A DNA stretch of 64,000 nt from the human T2T-CHM13v2.0 reference genome, Homo sapiens: the NCBI RefSeq assembly GCF_009914755.1, contig NC_060927.1. The stretch is one strand, 5' to 3'. The notes under the pieces are model-generated. The model did no database searches and was not told where the DNA came from. It saw nothing but the letters and a program-made list of their open reading frames with translations. The first letter of the stretch is position 1, and each line of letters opens with the position of its first letter. Positions 12,623 through 25,350 of the stretch are shown here, piece by piece. A program made the translations under genes and the position numbers.

Positions 12623-15600
12623 GAGGCAGAGAAAGATGGTGGAGTAGGAAGCTCCACCAACTGTCCCCTGCACAAGGACACCAAGTTAACCACTATCTAC
12701 ACAAAAAAAAAAACACCTTCATAATAACCAAAAATCAGGTGAATGCTCACAGTACCCGGTTTTCACTTTATGTAGCTGAAAGAGGCACTGAAGAGACAGA
12801 AAAAACAGGCCTGAAGTGCTGATGTCACACATCCTCCGCCCCTTGGCAGTGGCTGCAAGGTGCAGAGAGCATCTCTCGGCACTGTAGGAGGGAGAGTACA
12901 GCAACGGTGAGGCATTGAACTTTGTGCTGCCCTGTTAAGAGTAGAAAGGAAAACCAGACCAAACTCAGCTGAAGGCTTCCCATGAAGAGAGCATTTAAAC
13001 CAGCCCTAGCCAGAGGGGACTAGCCGATCCTAGCAGTCCAAAGTTGAGTACCTGCAAACCTCTCCACGAAGGGCTCTGTGTCTTCAAGTAAACTTGAAAG
13101 GTAGTATAGTCCATAAGGACTGCAAATCTTTGATGGGTCCTAGTGCTCAACTAGGCGGGTGGGAGGGCACATACAACATACTGAGAAACTAGCTGGAGAA
13201 GCTAAGGGAGTCCTGGCATCCACCCTATGCCCAGGCTGCAAAGCTCATGACTCCAGAATAGACACTTCCTTCTGCTTGAGGAGAGGAGAGGGAAGAGTGG
13301 GAAGGACTTTGTCTTGCATCTGGGATACCAGCTCAGCCACAATAGGATAGGGCACAATTTAGAGTCACGAGGCCCCCATTCCAGGCCCTAGATGCCAGAT
13401 GACATTTCTGGGATAGACACACGCTGGGCCAGTAGAGCATCCACTGCCTTGATGGAAAGGACCCAGTCCTAACAGCATTCATCATCTGCTAACTGAAGAG
13501 CCCTTGGGCCCTGAATAAACAGCAGCAATATCCAGATACTATATTGAGTGTTTTGGGTGAACCTCCAAGACTTGCTGGCTACAGATGAGACTCAGCACAT
13601 TACCAGTTGTGGTATCAATGGGGCAGAACTCCTTCCGCTTGAGAAAAGCAGAGGGGGAAAAAAAAAGGCTGAGAGGATTTCATCTTGCATGTTGGACCCA
13701 GCATGGCCACAGAGGGAATAGAGCACCAAGCAGGCTCTTGGGGTCCCTGATTCCAGGACTTGACTCTTGGATGGCATTCCTAGACCTAACCTGGGCCAGA
13801 GGTGAGCCCACTACCCTGAAGGGTAAGTCCCAGGCCAGGCAGCATTCATGGCAAGCTGACTTAAAAGACCTTGGTCCTTAAGGGAACATTGACAGGTAAT
13901 CTGGCAGGACTCCTAGCGGTTTGGCGTGGTGAGGGCTACAGGCCTCTGCCTTTGGAAAGGGGAAGGAATAGTAGGGAGGACTGTGTCTTGCAGTTTGAGT
14001 GCCAGCTCAGCCACAAGACAATAGTATACCAACCAGGTAGACTTCTTAGGTTTTTGACTCTAGTCCCCAATTCCTGGGTGGGACTTCTGAACCAATCCAG
14101 GGCCTGGGGGACCTTGCTGCCCTGATGGGAAGGACATAGGCTTGACTGGCTTTTCCACCTGCTGATTGTAGAGCCACAGGCCCTTGAGCAAACATAGGCA
14201 GTAGCCAGGAAGTGGTTACCAGGGCTTGGGCAAGACCCAGCACTGGATTGGCTTCAGGTTTGACCCAGTGCAGTCATAGTGGTGGTGGTCCCAGTGGTGC
14301 TTGTGTCACTCCACCTCCAGCTTTAGGTGGCTCAGAACAGTGAGAGAGACTCTGTATGTTTGGAACAAAGTAAAGGAAAAGAACAAATCACTGCCTGGTA
14401 ATCCAGAGAGTTCTCCCAGATCTTGTCCAAGATCATCAAGGCAGCACCTCTACAAGTCTGCAAGAGCTACAGCATTACTGGGCTTGGGTTGTCCCACAAT
14501 GAAAATTCAGCTTAGATCAAAACACACAGGTTCTTTTAAATATCTGGAAAGCCTTCCCCAAAAGGATAGCTACAAATAAGCTAAGACAGTGAAGACTACA
14601 ATAAATACGTAACTGTCTAATGCCCAAACACCAAAGAACATCTACTAGTATTAACATCATTGAGGAAAAAATGAACTCATCAAATGAACTAAATAAGGCA
14701 CCAGGGACTAATCCTGGAGAAACAGAGTTATGTGACCTTTCAGACAGAAAGCTCAAAATAGCTGTGTTGAGGAAACTCAAAGAAATTCAAGATAACAGAG
14801 AAAAGGAATTCATAATTCTCTTAGATATATTTACCAGAGATTAAAATAATTTTAAAAAATCAAGCAGAAATTCTGGAGCTAAAAAATGCAATTGGCATAC
14901 AGAAGAATGCATCAAAGTCCCTTAATAGTAGAACTGATCAAACAGAAGGAAGAATTAGTGAGCTTGAAGACAGGCTAATTGAAAATACATACTCAGAGGA
15001 GACGAAAGGAAAAAAGTAAAAAAGCACTTCAGCAAGATCTGAAAAATAGCCTCGAAAGGGCAAATTTTAGAGTTACTGGCCTTAAAAAGGACGTAGAGAA
15101 AAAGCTAGAGGTAGAAAGTTTATTCAAAGGGATAAAAACAGAGAACTTCCCAAACCTAGAGAAACATATCAATATCCAAGTACAAGAAGATTATAAACAC
15201 CAAGAAGATTTAACCCAAAGAAGACTACCTCAAAGCATTTAATAGTCAAATTCCCAAAGGTCAAGGATAAAAAAAGAATCTTAAAAGCAGCAAGAGAAAA
15301 GAAACAAATAACATACAACGGAGCTCTAATACATCTGGCAGCAGGATTTTCAGCAGAAACTTACAGGCCAGGATAGCATGGTATGATATATTTAAAATGC
15401 TGAAGGAATAAAAAAGAAAAACAAAAAACCTTTACCTTAGAATTGTACATCTGGCAAAAAATAACCATAAAACATGAAGGAGAAATAAAGACTTTCTCAG
15501 ACAAACAAAAGCTGAGGGATTTTATCAGTATCAGACCTGTCCTACAAGAAATGCTAACAAGAGTACTTCAATCAGAAAGAAAAGGTCATTAATGAGAAAT

Positions 15601-18600
15601 AAGTAGCGATAGTCACCTGAAGATACAAAACTCAATGGTAATAATAAGTACACGGAATAACACAGAATATTATAATACTGTAGCTATGGTGTGTGAACTA
15701 CTCTTATTCTAAGGAGAAAGGCTAAATTATGAGCCATTCAAAAATAATAACTACAAAAACTTTTAAAGACATAATACAATAAGATAAATAAAAACAACAA
15801 AAAGTTTAAAAGCAGGGCAACAAAGCTAAGGCATAAACTTTTTATTAGTTTTCTTCTTTATCTGTTTATTTGTTTAGGCAAATAGTATTAAGTTGTTATC
15901 AGATTAAAATAATGGATTATAAGATAGCATTTGCAGGCTTCATGGTAACATCAAACCAAAAAAAAAGCATACAATAAATATACACACACACAAAAGCAAG
16001 AAACTAAATTTTATCACCAGAGAAAATTACCTCCAATAGAGGAAGTCAGGAAGGAAAGAAAGAAGGAAGAGAATATCACAAAACAACCAGAAAACAAATA
16101 ACAAAATGGCAGAAATAAGTTCTTACTTACTAATAATAACACTGAATGTGAATAAACTAAACTCTCCTATTAGAAGACATAGACTGGATGAATGGATGAA
16201 AAAACAAGACCGATTTATCTGTTGCCCACAAGGAACACACTTCACTTTTGAAGACATACATAGACAGAAAAGAAAGGGATGGAAAAAGATATTCCATGAA
16301 ACTGAAACAAAAAGGAGCAGAGTCACTATACTTATATCAGACAAAATATAGTACAAGAGGAAAACTATAAGATGAGACAAAAAAGGTTACTGTATAATGA
16401 TACATGGGTCAATTCAGTAAGAGGATACAACAATTTAAATATATATACACCAACACAGGAGCACCCAGGTACAAAAAGGAAATGTTTGGAAATATTAGTA
16501 GAGCTAAAGAGAGATAGACCCCAATATATTAATTGCTGAAGACTTCAACAGCCCACTTTCAGCACTGGACAGGTCTTCCAGACAGAAAATCAGTTAGGAT
16601 TCATCAGGCTTAACCTGCACTGTAGACCAAATGGATTTAATAGATATTTACAGAACGTTTCATTAAAGAGTTGCAGAATACACAGTCTTTTCCTTAGCAC
16701 ATGGATTATTCTCAAGATGGACCACATGTTAGTTCACTAAACAAGTTTTAAAACATTCCAAAAAAACTAAAGTAGTATCAAGCATCTCCTTTGCCTTCAG
16801 GGAATAAAACTAGAAATTAATAACAAGAGGAATTTTGGAAACTATAGAAATATATGACAATTAAACAGTATGCTTCTGAATGATCTGTGGGTCAATAAAG
16901 AAATTCAGAAGGAAATTGAAAAATTTCTTGAAACAAATACACATATACACCATGGAATACTATGCAGCCATAAAAAAGGATGAATTCACGTCCTTTGTAG
17001 GGACATGGATGAAGCTGGAAACCATCATTCTCAGCAAACTATCGCAAGGACAAAAAACCAAACACCACATGTTCTCACTCATAGATGGGAATTGAACAAT
17101 AAGAACACATGGACACAGGAAGGGGAATGTCACACACCGGGGCCTGTTGTGGGGTGGGGGGAGCGGGGAGGAATAGCATTAGGAGATATACCTAATGTTA
17201 AATGACGAGTTAATGGGTGCAGCACACCAACATGGCACATGTATACATATGTCACTAACCTGCACATTGTGCACATGTACCCTAAAACTTAAAGTATAAT
17301 AATAAAAAAAAAGAAACAAAGAATTAGAAAAACACAACATATCAAAACCTAAGGGATACAAACCAAGCAGTACTAAGAGGGAAGTTTACAGATATAAGTG
17401 CCTAAGTCAAAATAGGAGGAAAACCTTCAAATTAACAATCTAATGATGCACCTTAAAGAACTAGAAAAGCAAGACTGAATCAACTCCAAAATTTGTAGAA
17501 GAAAATAAATAATAGCAGTAATAAGTAAAATTGAAATAAAATTAGCATTATAAACAATGAAACAAAATTTGTTTTTTTGAAAAATTAAACAAAGCTGGCA
17601 AATAATTAGCCAGACTAAGAAAAAAAAAGAGACTTTTCCAGTAAATAAAATCAGAAATGATAAAAAGAGACATTACAACTGATACTGCAGAAAGTCAAGG
17701 CAAAAGGTCATTAGTGGCTACTATGAGCAACCCTATGCCAATAAACTGGAAAATCTAGAAGAAATTGACAAATTCCTAGATACATACAACCTGCAAAAAT
17801 CGAACCACAAAGAAGCCCAGAACCTGAACAGACCAGTAACAAGTAACACTCTTTAAGCCATAATAAGTCTCTCAGTAAATAAAAGACTGGGGCTTTACGG
17901 CTTCACCTCTGAATTCAAACAAACATTTAAAGAAGAACTAACACCAATTCTACTCAAACTCTTTGGAAAACAGAGAAGAAAATACTTCCAAACGCATTCT
18001 ACAAAGCCAGTATTACCCTGATACCAAAAACAGACAAAGATATATTTAAAAATATACAGGACAATATCTCTGATGAATACTGATGCAAAAAACATCAAGA
18101 AAATACTAGCAAGTCTAATTCGACAATACATTAGAAAGATCATTCATCACCACCAATTGGGATTTATCCCTGGGATGCAAGGATGGTTCAACATATGTAA
18201 ATCAATCAATATGATTCATCATATCAACAGAATGGAGGATAAAAACCATATGGTCATTTCAATTGATGATGAAAAAGCAATTGATAAAATTCAACATCTT
18301 TTGATAATAAAAACCCTGTTAAAAATGGGGATAGAAAAAACATAATTAAACATAATAAAAGCCATATACAACAGACCTATAGCTAGTATTATACTGAATG
18401 CAGAAAAGCTTTTCCTCTGAAATCTGGAATATGACAAGGATGCCTGCCGTCATGATGTTATTCAATATATTACTGAAATCCTAGTAAGAGCAATCAGACA
18501 AAAGAAAGATATAAACGGCATCCAAACAAGATAAGAAGAAGTCAAATTATTCTTGTTTACAGATTATATGATTTTAAATTTGGAAAAACATTACGACTTC

Positions 18601-19655
18601 ACAGAAAACTATTAAAACTGATAAATTCAGTAAAGTTGCAGCATACAAAAAAATATAAAATTAGTAGGAGTTCTATATGTCAATAGAGAACAATGTGAAA
18701 AAAAAGCTATTCCATTTACAAATAGCCACACAAAAATTAACTACCTAGGAATTAACCAAATAAGTAAAATATTTTTGTAATGAAAACTATAAAATGCTGA
18801 TGAAAGAAATAAAAGACACCAAAAAGTGGGAAAATATTCTGTTTGTGGATTGAAATAATTAATATTATGAAACTGTACATCCTACCCAAAGCAATCTACA
18901 GATTCAACAATAAGTGCCAAGATACCAATGGCATTCTTCACAGAAATATAAATTACAATCCTAAAATTTATATGAAACCAAAAATGACTCAGAATAGCCA
19001 AAGGTATCCTAAGCAAACCAAGCCAAAACAAAACAACGACAACAACAAAACTGGAGGAACTGCATTATGTGACTTCAAATTATACTACAGAGCTACAGTA
19101 ACAAAAATGGCATGATGGTGGCATAATAGCAGAAACATACAACAATGGAACAGAACAGAGAACCCAGAAATAAGAAAAAAAAAGAAGTTTCAAATAAATA
19201 AAATCAGAAATGAAAAAAAAAGACACATTACAAATGATACTGCAGAAAGTCAAAAGGTATTTAGTGGCTACTATGAGCAACTATATGCAGTATATACAGT
19301 AACCAAAACATCATGGAACACCACATGTTCTCACTTGTTTATGGGATCTAAAAATAAAAACAATTAAGCTAATGTACATAGAGAATAGAAGGATGGTTAC
19401 TAGAATCTGGGAAGGGTTGTGGAAGGCTGGATGAAGTCGAGGGGTGAGGTGGGGATGACTAATAGGTACAAAAAAAAAAAGCAGAAAATCTTAAAGAGAG
19501 TAATTGGATTGTATGTGACTCAAAGGATAAATACTTGAGGGGATGGTTACCCCATTGTTCATGATGTGTTTATTTGACATTGGAAGCCTGTATCAAAACT
19601 ACATATATTGCATAAATATATACACCCACTATGTTCCCACCAAAATTTTTAAAAA
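12623..19655 (+). mobile_element. Near full-length old L1 (L1MA1-3/L1M1-like): ~2 kb 5' UTR, decayed ORF1 (~14620-15590) and ORF2 (from 16106), 3' UTR
   Basis: 5' end gaggcagagaaagatgg. ORF1 remnant ENFPNLEK; endonuclease start IITLNVNKLNSPIRRHRL; RT region [18 protein letters not shown]1MA-type 3' UTR (caaaggataaatacttgaggggatgg). Probable degraded TSD aatgttcattaa (12611-12622) / aaagtccattaa (19661-19672). Many stops and frameshifts. Confidence 0.92.
16938..17312 (+). mobile_element. Young L1PA (L1PA3/4-like) 3' end nested in ORF2 of the old L1
   Basis: Canonical L1PA 3' UTR (ctatcgcaaggacaaaaaacc, G-tract, taatgttaaatgacgag, cttaaagtataataat plus polyA). TSD gaaacaaa at 16930-16937 and 17313-17320; host ORF2 resumes afterwards. 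Confidence 0.92.
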
Positions 19656-19759
19656 GGGTTAAAGTCCATTAATACAGAATAATACTATGGTGAAATCAGA
19701 AGTTTCATTTTGGATACTCTTTAAGGTTAAAAAAAGTCTCATTTTTTTTTAGAGTATTT

Positions 19760-20070
19760 CATTTAAATATTCACTTTATTCCAGATGGTCTTGATAATTT
19801 TGAGAAACTCTGCTTTTCTTTTTATTTTAAAATGTAGATTCAGACTTTTATTCTACTTGATGTTCTCTTGGTTTCTAATATCTATGGCTTGGTGTCTCAT
19901 TAATTTTGGAAAATCATTTCTTCTGTCCTGTTCTCTCTCTCTCCTCCTTTTGGATTCCTATCATATTTATGAAAGGCTTCTTGGTATTGCTCCACAGCTT
20001 TTTGATGCTTAGTTTTGATTGTTTTGTTTATTTTTATTCTTTTGTTCTCTTTGAGTTTCAGTTTGAATAA
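19760..20070 (-). mobile_element. Ancient L1M (L1MC/ME) ORF1-region fragment
   Basis: T-rich antisense L1 ORF1-like text (cattaattttggaaaa, ttctctctctctcctccttttgg, tttcagtttgaataatttc). Confidence 0.5.
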
Positions 20071-20071
20071 T

Positions 20072-22338
20072 TTCTTTTTTAATTTTACTTTGATTTCTGG
20101 GATACATGTGCTGAACTTGCAGGTTTGTTACATAAGTATGCATGTGCCATGGTGGTTTGCTGCACCTATCAACCCGTCATTTAGGCTTTAAGCCCCGCAT
20201 GCATTAGGCATTTGTCCTAATGCTCTCCATTCCCTTGTCCCCCAACCCCCGACAAGTCCTGGTGTGTTATGTTCCCCTCCCTGTGTCCATGTGTTCTCAT
20301 TGTTCAACTCCCACTTATAAGTGAGAACATGTGGTGTTTGGTTTCTGTTCCTGTGTTAGTTTGCTGAGGATAATGGTTTCCAGCTTCATCCATGTCCCTG
20401 CAAAGGACATAAACTCATTTTTGTTATGGTTACATAGCATTCCACAGCGTATATGTGCCACATTTTTTTTTTATCCAGGCTATCATCGATGAGCATTTAG
20501 ATTGATTCCAAGTCTTTGCTATTGTGAATAGTGCTGCAATAAACATACGTGTGTATGTGTCTTTATAGTGGAATGATTTATAATCCTTTGGGTATATACC
20601 CAGTAATGGGATTGCTGGGTCAAATGGTATTTCTGGTTCTAGATCCTTGAGAAATAGCCATACTGTCTTTCATAATAGTTGAACTAATTTCCACTCCCAC
20701 CAACAGTGTCAAAGCGTTCCTATTTCTCCACAGCCCCACCAGCATCTGTTGTTTCCTGAATTTTTAATGATTGCCATTCTAACTGGCATGAGATGGTATC
20801 TCATTGTAGTTTTCATTTGCATTTCTCTAATGGCCGGTGATAAGCTTTCTTTCATATGTATGTAGGCCACATAAATGTCTTCTTTGGGGAAGTGTCTATT
20901 AATATTCTTTGCCCACTTTTTGATGTTTTTTTTTTCTTTTCTTGTAAATTTGTTTAAGTTCCTTGTAGATTCTGGATATTAGGCCTTTGTCAGATGAACA
21001 GATTGCAGTTTTCTTCTCCCATTCTGTAGATTCCCTGTTCAGTCTGATGATAGTTTCTTCTGCCGAGCAGAAGCTCTTTAGTTTAATTAGATACCATTTG
21101 TCAATTTTGGCTTTTGTTGCCATTGCTTTTGGTGTTTTAGTCAGGAAGTCTTCGCCCATGCCTATGTCCTGAATGGTATTGCCTATGTTTTCTTCTAGTG
21201 TTTTTATGGTTTTAGGTCTTACATTTAAGACTTTAATCCATCTTGAGTTAATTTTTATATAGGGTGTAAGGAAGGGGTCCAGTTTCAGTTTTCTGCATAT
21301 GGCTAGCCATTGCTCCCACTACCATTTATTAAATAGGGAATCCTTCTCCCATTGCTTGTTTTTGTCAGATTTGTCAAAGATCAGATGGTTGTAGATGTGT
21401 GGTATTATTTCTGAGGCCTCTGTTCTGTTCCATTTGTCTATATATCTGTTGTGGTACCAGTACCATGCTGTTTTGGTTACTGTAGCCTTGTAGTGTAATT
21501 TGAATTCAGGTAGCGTGATGCCTCCAGCTTTGTTCTTTTGGCTTAGGATTGTCTTAGCTATATGAGCTCTTTTTTGGTTCTATGTGAAATTTAAAGTAGT
21601 TTTTTTCTAATTCTGTGAAGAAAGTCAACGGTAGCTTGATGGGGATAGCACTGAATCTATAAATTGCTTTGGACAGTATGACTATTTTCACAATATTGTT
21701 TCTTCCTATCTATGAGCATAGAAACTTTTTTTTCATTTGTGTCCTCCCTTATTTCCTTGAACAGTGGTTTGTTGTTCTTGAAGAAGTCCTTCACATCCCT
21801 TGTTAACTGTATTCTTAGATATTTTATTCTCTTTGTAACAATTGTGAATAGGAGTTCACTCATGATTTGGCTCTCTGCTTGTCTATTGTTGGTGTAAAGC
21901 AATGCTTGTGATTTTTCCACACAGATTTTGTATCCTGATACTTTGCTGAAGTTTTTTATCAGCTTAATGAGTTTTTGGGCTGAGATGATGCAGTTTTCTA
22001 AATATACAATCATGTCATCTGCAAACAGAGACAATTTGACTTCCTCTCTTCCTATTTGAATATTTTTTATTTCTTTCTCTTGCCTGATATGCCTGGCCAG
22101 AACTTCTAATACTATGTTGTATAGGAGTGGTGAGAGAGGTATCCTTGTCTTGTGCTGGTTTTCAAAGGGAATGCTTTCAGCTTTTGCCCATTCAGTATGA
22201 TATTGGTTATGGATTTGTCATAAATAACTCTTATTATTTTGATATATGTTTATTCAATACCTAGTTTATTGAGAGTTTTTAGCATCAAAGGGCGTTGAAT
22301 TTTATTGAATGCCTTTTCTGCATGTTGAGATAATCATC
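20072..22338 (-). mobile_element. 5'-truncated L1PA8-like element
   Basis: Antisense 3' UTR with taagccccgcatgcattagg. ORF2 peptides [13 protein letters not shown] (RT YADD-type motif) and [15 protein letters not shown]. Confidence 0.92.
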
Positions 22339-23019
22339 TCTCTTTTGTCCATTTACAGAAAAAGTTTTCCAACTCTGTATTTTTAAATTAATTTGATCTT
22401 TGTTATTAATTCATAGAAATGAGATAATATATAAGGATCAGTAAAATCACCATGACATACAGAATATCAGAGAGCCCAAAACTTCTTAAAAGTTGTAAAA
22501 ACATCAAATGTGGAAATTTCATATTAGGATGTTAGAGGAATTCTACTAATGAAACACATCTTATGGTTTAAAAAGAACAAATCTTCAGAATCACATCATA
22601 ACTGAAACTAATTTTTCAATAAATACACGAATGACATAGTACTTAGCATGTTCAGATCTAGAAAAATTTAGTAGGTAACCATTAATATTTTCAAATGGGT
22701 TATATTCTCCTAAAAACAAATGTCCATTAAACTAATGCTTTTGATAGTCATGGATGTTTAGGCAGCTTTTGTTTCTTTAATTTTATAATCATTCCAATGA
22801 GACTGCTCTACTGTTAACTCCTCTTTACAATGAAGTACCCTGGAAAATCAGAGATATCAAGAAAGCACACTGTAATAGTATTATTTAAGATTAAACTGGA
22901 AAAACCTAAATACCAGGTAATATATAGCTTCCACTACCTCCGAATTTTCATGTCAACCTTACCACAAGTACTGGTGCTCTCTCTTATAAATTGTCTCCAT
23001 GTGTCTCACTCACTCTTCA

Positions 23020-23160
23020 TGCATCTCTCTCTCTTTCCTTCTTTCTTTTCATCCCTCTTTCTTTCCTTTGCTCCTTCTCCATCTTTTCCTTTTCCTTCTC
23101 TCTTTTCCTATTTTTTTCTTTCTCTTTTCCTAACATTATTTTTTTCATCTTATTTCCTAA
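23020..23160. repeat. CT-rich low-complexity tract
   Basis: Almost purely pyrimidine stretch on the + strand (tctttccttctttctttt...). Confidence 0.8.
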
Positions 23161-23609
23161 CCTAGAAATAACTGACGCATGTCACAAGTGTCCCAGAGCC
23201 ATAGAAACAAAAACTCCTAAGGAACAATCACATTTCAGATGTTAGTCCTCATGATGATAACTCTCAATATGGATTAAACTGTGATTGATCCCAGCCATTT
23301 CTGGGATATTAAGATTCCCCTGGCATATATCAGAAAAATCATTCAAAGTGATTTAGTAGAGAAATGGAAAATGATTATTGTTGAAACGTACCATAGCCTG
23401 GTCACCTCTTTACTCTCGTCTGCCTTCAACTTGCACACAGGAAAACACAATCTCAGCCATTAAGTTCAATCTTACCCTACCTTCTTAATTCCATAAACTG
23501 CACTGCCATAGTCCTTCATAATTTTAAACTCTATCCCTCAATGTTAATACTTATATTTAAATGTTGTATATTTAATTTGCAATTGTGTACACATATTTTA
23601 AGTTTATAT

Positions 23610-23710
23610 TCATGTATCATATAAACTCCTATAAGGCAGGTGTTGTGCCTCTTCAGGTCACTGTTTTATTCCTAACATCAAGTTCAGTAATCTAAATGAT
23701 TTGTTGTTTA
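23610..23710 (+). mobile_element. L2 3' end fragment
   Basis: taaactcctataaggcagg...tcactgttttattccta...aatgatttgttg resembles the L2 terminus. Confidence 0.55.
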
Positions 23711-25159
23711 ATTTTAAAAATGCATTACAGGATTTCTGAATGATATGAAAAGTGTATTAAAACATTCCACATGATTGACTATATGACCCCTATGAAAACG
23801 TAAGACATATAAAAGCACAATTGATGAGATCTGAACAGGACTACTTCAGAGACACACAAAGAGGGAGTGAGAGAGGGAGGAGTTATTCAAGGCCCCTGAA
23901 TCAAAGAGGTAATTTGGAAAGATGCCCCTCTCAATTTCCCCTTGTATGGGGATTAACACCTAGGCTCTGATATGCCTTTTATCACTTTTTGAAAAATGTT
24001 CAAATACTATAAATTATCTCCCTATCCCTTACTTCAAATTGAATGTTGCTTATGATCACAAATCTTGTTGGTTTTAGCTTTTTAAAGAAATATGAGCTTT
24101 TACCCTTTTAGTCTATTATTCAAATAAACTCAAACGAAGGCCAAAGCAATCATCTGGGAGTTCCATTTAGGTAGTTCTTCAAGCTGGATCATTCAGGTCA
24201 AATACAAATGGTTTACAATCGTGCATTTTTTAAAATTTTCTCGATTTAATTTCCTCATCATTCCATTTCACATTGCCTATGTAAATTAAGCTGTCGTGCT
24301 GTAAACCACAGTTGCCCCTTGTCTGCCTCCTCAGTAACAGCTTCAAAGTACTAAAAAGCTGAAATAGCTACAAAAGAACAATTAATTTGTGCAAAATCAC
24401 AGAGACGCTGTAGGTATTAAAAACACTACAATAAGGCTTTTATCAGTGAGCTAAACTGCACAGGATTAAGCTAAAAACTAATAGGGCTGAACATGAAGCA
24501 CAATGATGTGGATGATAAAGGAATCTCAAGGACATGCAGAGAATGGGGGTAAAGTGATTTAGAAGTGATGCAGTTATTTCAAATAAACATCTCCATAAGT
24601 ACATAAGAAAAATGCTGATCTGTTGGGAAAGGTGGGTTTAGACCAGTAAGTACATTTACATCTATTTTTGAGAAACTTACATTTTTATGGAAATTACTTT
24701 TGAAGACTCTGATAATGTATCCTGAGGTTGTTCAGTGTATACTTGTTGATTGGCAATTGGCTGACGATTTGATATTTACAAACTTAAATATATGAACTGT
24801 ACAAAAAGATGGGATATTACATCTAAAATTGCCTAAAAGGATTACATTAAAATAAAATCAGGAGTGCCACTGCCTCTTGTATTAAAATACCAATGGAAAC
24901 AATTCCTTTAATCAATTGTTTATTTAATGGTTGCTGTTAGCCCAAAATTGTATTACCTGCTATGGGCTGGAAAGGAAGTTAAACTAGTGATGTAATTTCT
25001 AAGTGAACACATTAAATGCTTCCAGAACTAGATAGAGAAGAATGAATTTCTAATTGTGAAATAAACACAGTGGTTGCACTGGGACACAGAGAGAAAAAAA
25101 GTTTTTATATAAACTATAGAGATTGCTTGCTTTTATTTCAGTTGCAACCAAATATATAT

Positions 25160-25350
25160 AGATTTCAATCTCAGGCCCACCGTTAACATACTGTGTAATT
25201 TTCTGCCAACTATTCCTTTTCTTTGAGTCTAAGTTTTCTCACCTGGAAAATGGGTGGAGTAAAATAGACTTCACCCAGCTGTTATAAAGAGGAAATATGA
25301 AAAATGTTCTAACTGTGAAGCATAGAGTAGGCATTCAAGGAATATGTGCT
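25160..25350 (+). mobile_element. MIR fragment
   Basis: ctttgagtctaagttttctcacctggaaaatggg core followed by a gtaggcattcaa tail. Confidence 0.55.

Noticed and set aside
22830-23245. F/S/L-rich membrane-like ORFs
   Set aside because: Artefact of translating a CT-rich low-complexity tract.
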